Assembly: GCA_958295945.1 (NCBI GenBank)
Contig: OY282386.1
Location: forward strand, 2,181,864-2,245,863
DNA length: 64,000 nucleotides
Direction: 5' to 3'
Source of the DNA: Candidatus Poribacteria bacterium
GTDB taxonomy: Bacteria; Poribacteria; WGA-4E; WGA-3G
The translations under genes were made by a program, and so were the position numbers. Each line of letters opens with the position of its first letter. Position 1 is the first letter of the stretch. A model generated the notes under the pieces. It was given only the letters and a program-made list of their open reading frames with translations. It ran no database searches and was not told the origin of the DNA. This document shows positions 38,372 to 48,919 of this stretch, in pieces.

Positions 38372-41300
38372 TTAACGCAAAACAGAGACTTTACCAACTC
38401 TACTTTCAGATTCAGATTCTACCATATAAATATAGACTCCACTACTAACACCGTCTAATTGCCATATATATTTACATCTATTTCCAGAATGTACTGTTTC
38501 TGATGGAATAAGCGATTTTAGAAGGTTTCCACTGACATCATATATGGAAATTCGACTATCTGCAGCCAACCTATCAAATGTAATACTATCTCCACGTGCG
38601 GGATTTGGATAAACAATCAATCCAGATTGTGTCTGTTCTTGAAATTCTACTAATATTGTATTCTCACCTTCTGGTATTTTGGTGCCATGTAAATCAGAAA
38701 GACCTATTGTTTCTACTTGATATTGGAAGCCTTCTACAAAAACATTATTTTCAAAAGTTAACACAACCCTTTTTTGAGTTCTATCAAGTATAGCTGATAG
38801 TGGGACATAAAACTGCTTGTTATGACTATCTAATACATCAATCTGTGTTGCGTTGTCGGTAGGTTCAAATTGATGAAGGATATATAGAGATGCATTTGCA
38901 GCTGATACATCCATCTGCTTGTCAAACGAAATTAGCAGTTGTTTTGGAGGAGAATGTATAGCTGAAACCACTCGGGGAGTAGATGTTGGTACTACTGGAT
39001 TGGAATCCGATTCAGTTATTACATTGCCGTTGGAATTAGTATCATCAAATACAGAGAAACCGGACGGAGTATTAAACATCAGTTCATTGTTGTCATCATT
39101 ATCTATATCAGTAACAATTGGATTGAAGGTATTAGTTGATGGATGATGCCAAATAGTTCTGTAAGATATTCCATCGTGTTGTAGAAGATAGAAGTTCGGA
39201 GAAACAGAAATACACAATTCGTTCATACCGTCATTGTTTGCATCTCCGATTGTTATACCATTCAGACCGTCACTTAATTCACGAATTCGCTGTTTCCATT
39301 CTAAGTGGTATGAATTATCTCCATCTGTCGTATAGATAGATATATCCCAATGTTGTCGGGGTAAATCAAATTCAGTAGTCCATACCTCAGCTCCAACGAC
39401 AAATTCAGGTATCGTATCACCGTTTAAATCCCCTGATGCAAATAACAATGGTCGTCCATTGATGAGTTTATCACTCCAAGTATGTTGGTATAAGTTGTCA
39501 CCGGTATTTTCATAAATGAATAATTCGGTGTCACTATCTGCAGATAGTATCTCACTTTTTCCATCAGAATCAAAATCAGCAATAGCGAATCCAGTAAAGA
39601 GTTGATTTTTCCCTTCAGTAGGGTTGTTTAAAATAGCAACATTTGGATAGCTGTTGTCTCCATCTGATTCATAGATCCGTATAGAATTTGATGCATCATG
39701 TATTGATATGATTTCAGGTTTTCCATCTAAATCTGTATCAGCAATTGTCCCACCCCATATCCCGTCAGCTAACAAAGTTTTATGTGTTGGATATTTTCCA
39801 GGTTCAGTTTGTTCAAGCAAGAACGTCTCTTCAGATTCGTTTGCTAAGATTTCAAGAAGTCCATCTCCATCAATATCTGCTACTGCCCATAGCAATGAGA
39901 TGGATTTATCAATTGTCTCTATTCTATTCAGGAATCCGGTATCGCTAAATTCATAGATGTGTGGAGTATCTGTGTTTTTTTCACGTGCGATGAGTTCTAC
40001 CTTACCATTACCATTCATATCAATAGGTGAAACTAATACTTGTAACTCTTGACTTGCGGAAATAACTTTACTTAGATGCGTAGAGTCAATCTGTTCATCA
40101 CTGATATTAATCTTATAGAGTTGACCGTCATTATCATCAATACGGAGTAAACCTGACCGATTCTGTGATTTCAATTTATATAGATATTCGCCTGCTGACA
40201 ACTCTAAATCAGAAATGTTTACCAAATGTTGTGCGTGTACAGAATCTGAATATGCAATTCGTAATGGTTTCTGCATTTCTGTAATATCATATATTTCTAA
40301 AGATCCTGTTGTAAGCACATCGGTTTGCCAGATAACTGTAGATTCATAACGATTTCCGGTTAACCATTCTGATCCTTCATGATTGAAGATTGTTGGTAAT
40401 TGATGGCGTATTTCTACAACTGTTGTATCTCTAACTGTTTTACCAATTTCTGATTTTACAGATAGTCGTAATGTATAAATCCCTTCAACCAGATGAGAAA
40501 TATCCCACTCATGTAGCAATGTATTATATTTGGGATCTGTCTGTGGCAATAAAATAGGAAACCATAGATCAGGAGTTTCAGAAATCCCGTAATCAATCCA
40601 ATAGTGTAAGAATCCTGTTCCACCAGCACTCCCAGAAATTTCTACCATGTTATCTTTGTGTATCTGATTAATTTCAATGTTTGCTATAGGTTCATCTGTT
40701 GCTGTCAATGCAGCATACGCATCAATGAGTCCTGCGCCTACAAGTTGAGGTATTCTGAGCTGACGAGTTGTATGTGTTAGCCATTGTTTAACCTGTAAGT
40801 TACTACACGAAGGATTTGCTGAAAACAGCAAAGCGGCAACACCTGACACATGCGCAGCCGCCATTGACGTGCCAGATTTGTAACCATATCCATCTTCTCC
40901 TGAAGAGCCATTGGCATATAAATCTGTTGTCAAGATATCCTCTCCTGGGGCAGCTATGCCAATTGATGATCCAAAGTTTGAACCACCCAATTGCCAATCT
41001 CTATCAAGAGCTGCGACTGAAATCACATTCTGTAGTGCTGCAGGAAATAATGAAAACGGTTCGGATGAATTTCCTGCAGCAGCTATCAGAAGACATTCTC
41101 GGTTGTATGCATATTCAACAGCATCACGTATCAAAAAAGCATTAACTGTATCACCAAGACTTAAATTTATGATGTCAGCTCCGTTGTCAGCTGCGTAGAC
41201 AATCGCAGCGGCAACATCATCATTCTGTAGAAAAGAACCCCCACCAACACGAAATCCTGCACGTAGACTCATGATTCGACTGTTTGGTGCGATCCCTGCA

Positions 41301-42064
41301 ATTCCTATACCGTTATCTGTTTCTGCTGCAATTATTCCAGACACTTGTGTTCCATGTCCTGTTTCATCGTAAGGTTGGTTATCACGGTTTACCCAATCGC
41401 CATGTCCATTCAGTGTCGGGGCATCACTGAAATCCCAACCGATTATATCATCGACATATCCATTGCGATCATCATCAATACCGTTTGATGGAATTTCATT
41501 TGAGTTGTGCCATAACTGATTCTCTATATCAGGATGATCTATCTGAATACCGCTATCAACAACTGCTACGACTACAGATGGTTCTCCTTTTTCAAGTTGC
41601 CATGCTTCTGACACATTCATAGATGTCAAATTCCACTGTTCACTAAATCGCGCATCGTTAGGCGTTGTCTCAGAACAGAAACGATTTAATCGATTCATTT
41701 CAACTTCATTTACGAATGGTTGTTCTAAGAACTTATGCTGTAGCTGTTCTGATGCAATACCTTTAGGAAATCTAATTTGATAGATACGACTTAGTGTCGG
41801 GTCTTTTCCTGCAGGTGTCTCAGGTGAGAATATGGGTTTGACAGACTCTGCACCTAATACTTTACAGAATTTAATAAGCTGGGTATCCGTAGAAATTGGA
41901 TTTAACTTGACTATGAGTTCACGAGGAGAATAAGGCAAGAGTGTTTGATTATGTTGATGTGAATTGGAGTGCGAAGCAATGGTATTTATATCTGGATAGC
42001 AGAAATTTATACAATGTGGCGAAAATAACAGTAAAATATGTAAAAAAAAGAAAAATTTCCTCAT
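38372..42064 (-). CDS. Secreted S8 subtilase with FG-GAP/VCBS propeller, Ig-like domain and T9SS-like/FlgD-like C-terminal domain
   Basis: Signal peptide; triad VAVVDSG / HGTQVSG / GTSMAAAHVSG; seven DxDGDG-type repeats; C-terminal VYPNP..IYDVSGNL..SSGVYIY. Confidence 0.9.
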   Translation of the reverse strand: MRKFFFFLHILLLFSPHCINFCYPDINTIASHSNSHQHNQTLLPYSPRELIVKLNPISTDTQLIKFCKVLGAESVKPIFSPETPAGKDPTLSRIYQIRFPKGIASEQLQHKFLEQPFVNEVEMNRLNRFCSETTPNDARFSEQWNLTSMNVSEAWQLEKGEPSVVVAVVDSGIQIDHPDIENQLWHNSNEIPSNGIDDDRNGYVDDIIGWDFSDAPTLNGHGDWVNRDNQPYDETGHGTQVSGIIAAETDNGIGIAGIAPNSRIMSLRAGFRVGGGSFLQNDDVAAAIVYAADNGADIINLSLGDTVNAFLIRDAVEYAYNRECLLIAAAGNSSEPFSLFPAALQNVISVAALDRDWQLGGSNFGSSIGIAAPGEDILTTDLYANGSSGEDGYGYKSGTSMAAAHVSGVAALLFSANPSCSNLQVKQWLTHTTRQLRIPQLVGAGLIDAYAALTATDEPIANIEINQIHKDNMVEISGSAGGTGFLHYWIDYGISETPDLWFPILLPQTDPKYNTLLHEWDISHLVEGIYTLRLSVKSEIGKTVRDTTVVEIRHQLPTIFNHEGSEWLTGNRYESTVIWQTDVLTTGSLEIYDITEMQKPLRIAYSDSVHAQHLVNISDLELSAGEYLYKLKSQNRSGLLRIDDNDGQLYKINISDEQIDSTHLSKVISASQELQVLVSPIDMNGNGKVELIAREKNTDTPHIYEFSDTGFLNRIETIDKSISLLWAVADIDGDGLLEILANESEETFLLEQTEPGKYPTHKTLLADGIWGGTIADTDLDGKPEIISIHDASNSIRIYESDGDNSYPNVAILNNPTEGKNQLFTGFAIADFDSDGKSEILSADSDTELFIYENTGDNLYQHTWSDKLINGRPLLFASGDLNGDTIPEFVVGAEVWTTEFDLPRQHWDISIYTTDGDNSYHLEWKQRIRELSDGLNGITIGDANNDGMNELCISVSPNFYLLQHDGISYRTIWHHPSTNTFNPIVTDIDNDDNNELMFNTPSGFSVFDDTNSNGNVITESDSNPVVPTSTPRVVSAIHSPPKQLLISFDKQMDVSAANASLYILHQFEPTDNATQIDVLDSHNKQFYVPLSAILDRTQKRVVLTFENNVFVEGFQYQVETIGLSDLHGTKIPEGENTILVEFQEQTQSGLIVYPNPARGDSITFDRLAADSRISIYDVSGNLLKSLIPSETVHSGNRCKYIWQLDGVSSGVYIYMVESESESRVGKVSVLR

Positions 42065-42263
42065 ATTATGCTAAACCTTCTGGATTTAAGTTCTTTGTTG
42101 ATTGTAAAATATATTTTCTTCCGTTAAAGTAAACTTTGTAAATACAATATGGTTTTAATGATAAAGAGTATTAAAATTGCATTATCAGATATAATCTGCT
42201 ATAGTAATTGTATTGAATTCCCATGTCAAAAACAACATATATGTTGTTCTGAGGAGAAGTATT

Positions 42264-43901
42264 ATGAAAGCATCAGAATTGACTGTCAAATGTTTGGAAA
42301 ATGAAGACGTTGAATATATATTTGGATTACCCGGTGAGGAAAATATGGACATGCTTGATGCTCTATTGGACTCTGAAATCCAATTTATACAGACTCGTGA
42401 TGAGCGCGGCGCAGCGTTTATGGCAGATGTTTACGGTCGGTTGACAGGAAAGGCAGGAGTCTGTCTTGCAACACTTGGACCTGGGGCAATGAATCTTGTC
42501 ACTGGTGTTGCTGATGCAAATATGGACAGAGCACCATTAGTTGCAATTACGGGACAAGCAAGTCTGGATAGAATGCACAAGGAATCCCATCAATACATGG
42601 ATGTGGTTTCTGTCTTCAAACCGATGACAAAGTGGAATACGTTGATACATCTCCCGGAAATAATCCCTGAATCAATTAGTAAAGCATTCAAATTAGCAAC
42701 GAGTGAAAAGCCTGGTGCTACACACATTGATCTTCCTGAAGATGTAGCAAAGATGCAAATAGATGCAGAACCGATGAGACACGATTTTCATAGTGATGCA
42801 GAACCCATTGACTCCTGTCTTCAAAAGGCAGCGCAGTTGATCAACGATTCAAAACAACCGATCATTCTTGCCGGTAATGGAGTTGTCAGACAAAATGCAT
42901 CTCGTATTCTGACCCAATTTGCAGAGATGACGAATATACCTGTTGCACACACATTTATGGGTAAAGGGAGTATTCCTTGGACACATCATTTATCACTACT
43001 AAGCGTAGGACTTCAGGCACATGATTTTGTTTCATGTGGATTTGACAGGGCAGACCTTGTTATTGCTGTTGGATATGATATCGTTGAATACCATCCAAGC
43101 CTTTGGAATCCAAACCGGGATAAAAAACTAATACATATAGACACAGAACAGAGTGAGAGTGATGCTTCTTATGTCACAGATGTTGAGATGGTAGGTAACA
43201 TTAGACAGGGACTTAGACATCTGATGACACAAGAAATATATCCAAAAGATGCAGAATATGCATCAAAAACATTGAGGAAAATTATACTTGATCAACTATC
43301 ACAACATCGTGATGACAAAGAATTCCCAATGAAACCTCAAAAAATATTAAGTGATGTCCGTTCTGTACTTGACAAGGACGATATTCTTATCTCGGATGTT
43401 GGTGCACATAAAATGTGGATTGCACGTATGTATCCCTGTTATAAACCAAACACATGCATTATATCAAATGGGTTTGCTTCTATGGGGATAGCAGTGCCGG
43501 GGGCTTATGTGGCAAAACTCATTCATCCAGAACGGAAATGTCTTGCTGTCTGTGGAGATGGCGGATTCATGATGAATTCACAGGAACTTGAAACAGCAAT
43601 ACGGACCAATGTACCATTCGTAACACTCATCTTCAATGATGAGGCTTACGGACTAATTGAATGGAAACAGATGAACGGTTTTGGTAGACCATCACATATA
43701 GATTTCACGAATCCTGATTTTGTCAAATATGCCGAAGCTTTCGGAGCTAAAGGATATAGAGTTGAGGGAAGTGATGAATTGGTGCCAATACTAAACGATG
43801 CATTTAGTCAGAATGTACCTTCAGTGATTGATTGTCCAGTCAATTATGCTGAGAACCTTCGATTAACTGAGGAACTCGGACACTTAACTTGTCCGATTTA
43901 A
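42264..43901 (+). CDS. TPP-dependent acetolactate synthase large subunit-like enzyme (probable ATG start 42264)
   Basis: FGLPGEEN, TRDERGAAFMAD, TLGPGA, GDGGFMMN..ND TPP motif; GAGGAG SD before MKAS. The ORF track starts at 42213. Confidence 0.88.
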   Translation: MKASELTVKCLENEDVEYIFGLPGEENMDMLDALLDSEIQFIQTRDERGAAFMADVYGRLTGKAGVCLATLGPGAMNLVTGVADANMDRAPLVAITGQASLDRMHKESHQYMDVVSVFKPMTKWNTLIHLPEIIPESISKAFKLATSEKPGATHIDLPEDVAKMQIDAEPMRHDFHSDAEPIDSCLQKAAQLINDSKQPIILAGNGVVRQNASRILTQFAEMTNIPVAHTFMGKGSIPWTHHLSLLSVGLQAHDFVSCGFDRADLVIAVGYDIVEYHPSLWNPNRDKKLIHIDTEQSESDASYVTDVEMVGNIRQGLRHLMTQEIYPKDAEYASKTLRKIILDQLSQHRDDKEFPMKPQKILSDVRSVLDKDDILISDVGAHKMWIARMYPCYKPNTCIISNGFASMGIAVPGAYVAKLIHPERKCLAVCGDGGFMMNSQELETAIRTNVPFVTLIFNDEAYGLIEWKQMNGFGRPSHIDFTNPDFVKYAEAFGAKGYRVEGSDELVPILNDAFSQNVPSVIDCPVNYAENLRLTEELGHLTCPI

Positions 43902-43939
43902 TTATTTTTTAGATATGTAGGAGGAGAACGTATCCTAAT

Positions 43940-44980
43940 ATGGCAGTATCAACAATTGAATGGGAAGATGGAAGAATAAAACTAATTGATCAAACACTGT
44001 TACCAAATGAATTCAAACAGATATATTGTGATGACTTACCCACTATCTGGGAAGCGATAAAATCATTGCGTGTACGCGGGGCACCAGCTATTGGTATCGC
44101 GGGTGCTTTAGGAGCAGTCCTCGGAATATGGAATTCACAAGCTGAATCTTATGATGAGTTTGCTGCTGAACTGAAATCCGCGGTTGATTATCTTGCAACA
44201 TCAAGACCAACAGCAGTCAATCTGTTTTGGGCATTAGACAGAATCTCAAGGATAGCAGAGGAATACAAAGACCTTGCTATTTCTGATCTCAAAGGCGTTT
44301 TACTTTCAGAAGCACAGATAATTATAGAAGAGGACAAAGCAATGTGCCGTGCAATCGGTCAGCACGGGATGGCATTACTCAATGAGAACGATACGATCTT
44401 GACACATTGCAACGCGGGTGGTTTAGCAACATCCGACTATGGTACCGCCTTAGCTGTTATGTTCAGTGCACACGATGCAGGAAAGAAAATTAGTGTTTTT
44501 GCTGATGAGACCCGACCTTTATTGCAAGGTGCACGCCTTACAACATGGGAACTGATGCAGGCTGGAATTGATGTTACACTTATTTGTGATAATATGGCTG
44601 CACAGGTTATGAAAGAAGGTAAAATCCAATGCGTAATCGTTGGCGCGGATCGAATTGCTGCTAACGGTGATACTGCTAACAAGATCGGTACATACAATGT
44701 TGCCATTCTCGCAGAAGCACATGACATACCTTTTTATGTTGCCGCACCGACTTCTACATTAGATTATGCACTGGCAACTGGTGAAGAAATCCCAATTGAA
44801 CAACGTTCAGCCGATGAAGTAACAGAGGGTTTCGGTAAACTGACTGCACCAAAAGGCGTAAAAGTTTATAGTCCTGCCTTTGATGTAACACCAGCATCAT
44901 TGGTCACTGCGATTATAACTGAAAAAGGAGTAGCACGTCCACCCTACAAGGTAAGTTTACAAGCATTACAAGATACATAA
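43940..44980 (+). CDS. mtnA: S-methyl-5-thioribose-1-phosphate isomerase
   Basis: DQTLLP, VRGAPAIG, SRPTAVNL, THCNAGGLAT..GTAL, ETRPLLQGARLT, ANKIGTY, PAFDVTP. Confidence 0.97.
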   Translation: MAVSTIEWEDGRIKLIDQTLLPNEFKQIYCDDLPTIWEAIKSLRVRGAPAIGIAGALGAVLGIWNSQAESYDEFAAELKSAVDYLATSRPTAVNLFWALDRISRIAEEYKDLAISDLKGVLLSEAQIIIEEDKAMCRAIGQHGMALLNENDTILTHCNAGGLATSDYGTALAVMFSAHDAGKKISVFADETRPLLQGARLTTWELMQAGIDVTLICDNMAAQVMKEGKIQCVIVGADRIAANGDTANKIGTYNVAILAEAHDIPFYVAAPTSTLDYALATGEEIPIEQRSADEVTEGFGKLTAPKGVKVYSPAFDVTPASLVTAIITEKGVARPPYKVSLQALQDT

Positions 44981-45194
44981 TACCATTTCATCACCAAGAT
45001 AGATGTTTGTGGTAGCGCAATTCATTGCGCCTCTTACATTCACAAAACCTATCAAATCTTGTAATGAAACTTTATATCTTATACCATTTCTAATAGAAAA
45101 CTTCGCATTTTTGTAGCACAAACTTTCAGTTTGTGCTGTCCTTCAAGATATTCTTAACAAATGTTAATGGGATGAACATTTATAGAAATGGTAT
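44980..45194. repeat. Composite REP-like cluster between convergent genes
   Basis: gtagcgcaattcattgcgc 45012-45030; gtagcacaaactttcagtttgtgc 45113-45136; flanks ataccatttc (44980, 45081) and inverted tagaaatggtat (45183-45194). Confidence 0.75.
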
Positions 45195-45259
45195 TAGAAT
45201 TGATATGAGTTAAAATCTCAGAATGAAATATTCTATATTCAATATAGATAATTGGTATA

Positions 45260-46567
45260 TCAAGCAGCCTCTGCTATGTTAGACCGTGTTCCTTGTACAT
45301 CAAAACAATCATATTGATTGGTATACATAATTTGTGTGGCAAATGCCATCGCCTGTTTCTCTGTGAGATATCCATCTGCTATTTCTGCTTCAAGCGCACG
45401 TTGAATTTCATTCCGTGCTTGCAGTGAGTAAGCATAAGCACTTGTAGGCCATCCAGTGTCTCCACCAAAGGCAAATAACTTATTTGCAGGAACAGCATGA
45501 ATACATCTCCGCAGAAAATCACGAGAACTATATGGATCAATACTCCATGCCCAACAGAAGTCTATCCAGATATTACGATAATGTTTTGCAAGTGCGACTA
45601 ACTCATCATTGTAAGGATATGCAATGTGCATCAACACAAACTTGGCATCCAGATAACGAGAAAACAATTCACACATATTCCCGGCAGGTATCCGACTGAC
45701 AGGCATTCTATTATTTCCTGCGTAATAGCCGGTGTGGATTTTGAAAGGAAGGTGGTGTTCAATAGTAAGTTCCACACCACGTGCCCAACACCAATCACCA
45801 AGACATAAACGTGTAGAGGTGTCAATCTGATCTGAAGGTTTTGTTAAGATGACGTTGAGAGCGTTGGCTGCATCATCATCACTACGTTCAATCCACTTCA
45901 AGGTACGATTGTATGCATGCTGAGATTTTACTGCAATCGCACATGGTGCATGCTTGCTAAAAATAGCGTCCATACCTGTTTTCAAAGTAGCAAGGTCTTT
46001 CACTTCAATACCAGTTTCAGAATGGATAGCTTCAGGATTCACTTGACCATTACAGAAATTTGCCCAAGAAAGATCATACAAGAAAAAATCTGGTCCAGAA
46101 GTGTCTGGTGAACACTGCCAACTGAAGTCATCTGTTTGGATATGATCAAGTTTGGCAATTTCATGCAAAATATGATGACGCTTTCCCGGTTTGCGAATTG
46201 TCTTTACTTTCTCTTGTGCTTTCTCAAGGGAATCACCTGTTAACTCATCAAGGTCGTAGATGTGTTTGGCTATGAGACTAACGGCTTCACCGTAGCCAGT
46301 GAATTGTGTTGCTTGCCAAGCTTCACGTATTCCATTAAACCGAGATTTTACGTCTTTATTTGGATCCATCAAATTCTGCATCGCTTCGGCTGAAGCACCC
46401 GCTGTATGTAAGTCTGCTGGAACATAATTACCGAATAAATCCTGGAGGATATCAGGTCCGTTCTGCACCCAATCGTTTTCTCGTCGCATGTGTTCATGTG
46501 TATCAACCATACGGATAGATTGAACGTGATGTGCTAATTCTGTTCTCATGAATGTATTCCTTCCCAT
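45260..46567 (-). CDS. Amidohydrolase family protein
   Basis: VDTHEH, KIHTG, VLMHIAYP, FGGD metal-binding pattern. Confidence 0.8.
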   Translation of the reverse strand: MGRNTFMRTELAHHVQSIRMVDTHEHMRRENDWVQNGPDILQDLFGNYVPADLHTAGASAEAMQNLMDPNKDVKSRFNGIREAWQATQFTGYGEAVSLIAKHIYDLDELTGDSLEKAQEKVKTIRKPGKRHHILHEIAKLDHIQTDDFSWQCSPDTSGPDFFLYDLSWANFCNGQVNPEAIHSETGIEVKDLATLKTGMDAIFSKHAPCAIAVKSQHAYNRTLKWIERSDDDAANALNVILTKPSDQIDTSTRLCLGDWCWARGVELTIEHHLPFKIHTGYYAGNNRMPVSRIPAGNMCELFSRYLDAKFVLMHIAYPYNDELVALAKHYRNIWIDFCWAWSIDPYSSRDFLRRCIHAVPANKLFAFGGDTGWPTSAYAYSLQARNEIQRALEAEIADGYLTEKQAMAFATQIMYTNQYDCFDVQGTRSNIAEAA

Positions 46568-46951
46568 TAATCTGGATATTTTTCTCTAGTATAATTTCAT
46601 ACTTGACAAACTCACAACAATATGATTAACTATATAGAAACTATAAAAGACACATTATTTTTATTTAGATATGCTTGTTAACATTCATTGTGTTTATAGT
46701 GTCGTGAAGTCTACTTTTGATTATAGACAAATTGTAATGTTCTGTCAAAAGAAACATCTAATTCGTATGCAAAACTATTCTTACTTCTAAATATAATCGT
46801 AAACAACAATATGAATTTTTATATAGGAGATTATATCATCAGATTTTTAGTTACATTTAAGTTTATGCATGCCTTCTGCTTTAAATTCTCACCATATTTG
46901 TACATCAGTAGAGAAACTTTCATCAGCAGAAGACAAACATAGGAGCATATA

Positions 46952-47902
46952 ATGCCTACAGGTCGGATAAAATATTATAATTTAGATAAGGGATTCGGTT
47001 TCATAGCACAAGATAACAGTGAAGAAGATGTTTTCTTACACAGTTCCGCGATTAAATATGCAGATTATGAGGAACTCCGTGTCGGTCAACGCGTTAAATA
47101 TAATGTCGTTGAAGGAGATAAAGGGTTAGTCGCTAAGAATGTTGAAGTCTTGTTGACACCAACAGAAAGAAGATGGCTACGGCAAGGCAAGACAATAATC
47201 CCAAGAGGATATTCTGGATTCCAATCACAAAACCAAGACAGTATCGACAATAATACGAAGCCAATCAGTGATAATGTGGTGAATGAAAATGATGATAATC
47301 ATCCAAAACATACACCCACAGATTGGAAAAGCAGGTCTCAGAAGGAAAGATCGGATGTTCAAACGAATAGGACACCTGATGAAAAAGAACAGACTTCCAG
47401 ACAACTAAGTTTTGGTGATCTCTATATCCTCAAACAGATCAATTATGAAACACCGATGTATTTTGCAATGTACAATCATGAGCATTTGCCTGCTGTCGTC
47501 TTAGAGATGACTCTTTCTGAATTAACGCTCAATTGTAATGCGAAGGAAAGTACTATAAAAAAATCTGACATCAAGTATTGCTATAAGGATGTTGATGCAA
47601 AGAATGTAACTGCCTTACTTCAATTTAACGATGAAGTAAAAAACAAGCAGCTACAACCAATTCTGTCTAATGATGAGCAATATATTATTGATGCTGAGGC
47701 TGTCAAGAATGCGCGACATGAGGGAAATGCAATCAATATTACACTCCGTGAAGGTGAGATTTTTCAAGGAGTCGTTGATTGGATCAGTCCCTATGAAATA
47801 AAGTTAGTTTTGAATAATGGTGCTAAGATAGTTGTTTTCCTACATGCTATATGCGATTTTTCAGTTGTCAAAATGGAGGAGAAGATTGAAAACACAACCT
47901 GA
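46952..47902 (+). CDS. Cold-shock domain fused via a low-complexity linker to two Hfq/Sm-like domains
   Basis: GRIKYYNLDKGFGFI..DVFLHSSAI (RNP1/RNP2); C-terminal AINITLREGEIFQGVVDWISPYEIKL..VVFLHAICDF matches the Hfq Sm1/Sm2 pattern; AGGAG SD. Confidence 0.75.
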   Translation: MPTGRIKYYNLDKGFGFIAQDNSEEDVFLHSSAIKYADYEELRVGQRVKYNVVEGDKGLVAKNVEVLLTPTERRWLRQGKTIIPRGYSGFQSQNQDSIDNNTKPISDNVVNENDDNHPKHTPTDWKSRSQKERSDVQTNRTPDEKEQTSRQLSFGDLYILKQINYETPMYFAMYNHEHLPAVVLEMTLSELTLNCNAKESTIKKSDIKYCYKDVDAKNVTALLQFNDEVKNKQLQPILSNDEQYIIDAEAVKNARHEGNAINITLREGEIFQGVVDWISPYEIKLVLNNGAKIVVFLHAICDFSVVKMEEKIENTT

Positions 47903-48479
47903 AGAAGTCATGGCAACTTATCAACAACTCGTAGATGAGATTTCGCAAGACATAGAAAGATTGCAGGAGGAATACGGACGTGGTCCTTGTCCATCAAACT
48001 GCTTTCAATGCTGTCTTAACACATCAACGATTCCAATCAGTGAAGTTGAAGCGCGTGATTTGAAAATTGGTCTTGACGCATTACCCGAACCAATACGACA
48101 ACATATCCGTGAAAAAGCGCAGAGAACAATTGAGGTGTTAGAGAATAAAGGTTTTTCTCCAGATAAAATGGTTCAGGATGCTGGAATGAAAGCAATTGAT
48201 GTCATTAAAGGTAAATCTTTTGGTGAATGTCCTATGCTCGTAGGAGGAGTTTGTACTGTCTACGAACATCGGCCAGTAATCTGTCGTGTATGGGGATATC
48301 CCATTGATAACGGAACAGAATTGGCATGTTGTAAAAAGACCTTTATCGGTGTGCGTCGCAACTTCAAACCCATAGATTATGCGAATTATTGGAGGAGATG
48401 TAAAGAATTGAGTCTGGCACTTGGCGCAGAAGAAAAAACACCAAATTGCTATTTAGTATTAAAGTTGTTAGATGATTAG
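47886..48479 (+). CDS. YkgJ family cysteine-cluster (CxxCxxCC) protein; probable TTG start 47886
   Basis: CPSNCFQCC, CPML..CTVYEHRPVICR; GGAGGA SD before TTG, which overlaps the upstream stop. The ORF track starts at 47832. Confidence 0.85.
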   Translation: MKTQPEEVMATYQQLVDEISQDIERLQEEYGRGPCPSNCFQCCLNTSTIPISEVEARDLKIGLDALPEPIRQHIREKAQRTIEVLENKGFSPDKMVQDAGMKAIDVIKGKSFGECPMLVGGVCTVYEHRPVICRVWGYPIDNGTELACCKKTFIGVRRNFKPIDYANYWRRCKELSLALGAEEKTPNCYLVLKLLDD

Positions 48480-48514
48480 TTGATATGATTTAATGGTCTT
48501 TATACGCTAAACTC

Positions 48515-48829
48515 CTAATCGTCCATTGGATCGATGAGTTCGCGTAAAAATTTGAAAGTATAAATTCCGGTCTTGTGTCCGTCACTCCACTGAAGTTGAA
48601 TTGCGTACCTTCCAACAGGTTGAATCCCAACCAAATGCAGTTTTTCCCAATAATCATCTGTAGGTAACATTCGAAAAGGGTCATTCTGCTGCTTATCAGC
48701 ATCACACCGTGCACATGGACATTTCTCTCTGAGTAACCTATAAGGAAGTTCACTATAATGTCCATCTTTCCATTGTATTGACAAACTATGTGGTAGTCGT
48801 TTGATTTCTGTAGGTTGCATATTTTTCAT
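48515..48829 (-). CDS. DUF971 / GBBH-like N-terminal domain protein
   Basis: LSIQWKDGH..LREKCPCARC, VGRYAIQLQWSDGHKTGIY. Confidence 0.85.
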   Translation of the reverse strand: MKNMQPTEIKRLPHSLSIQWKDGHYSELPYRLLREKCPCARCDADKQQNDPFRMLPTDDYWEKLHLVGIQPVGRYAIQLQWSDGHKTGIYTFKFLRELIDPMDD

Positions 48830-48919
48830 TTTTAATCTTAATTGACTAAGAAGGTTTGTTATGATATACTAAATGAATATATAAAACTAAGGAAATAAAT
48901 GATCTTAGCTTTGAAAGTC

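Noticed and set aside
42264-44980. Dedicated novel pathway linking the acetolactate-synthase-like gene with mtnA
   Set aside because: Adjacency alone; no other methionine-salvage genes are present to support a shared pathway.
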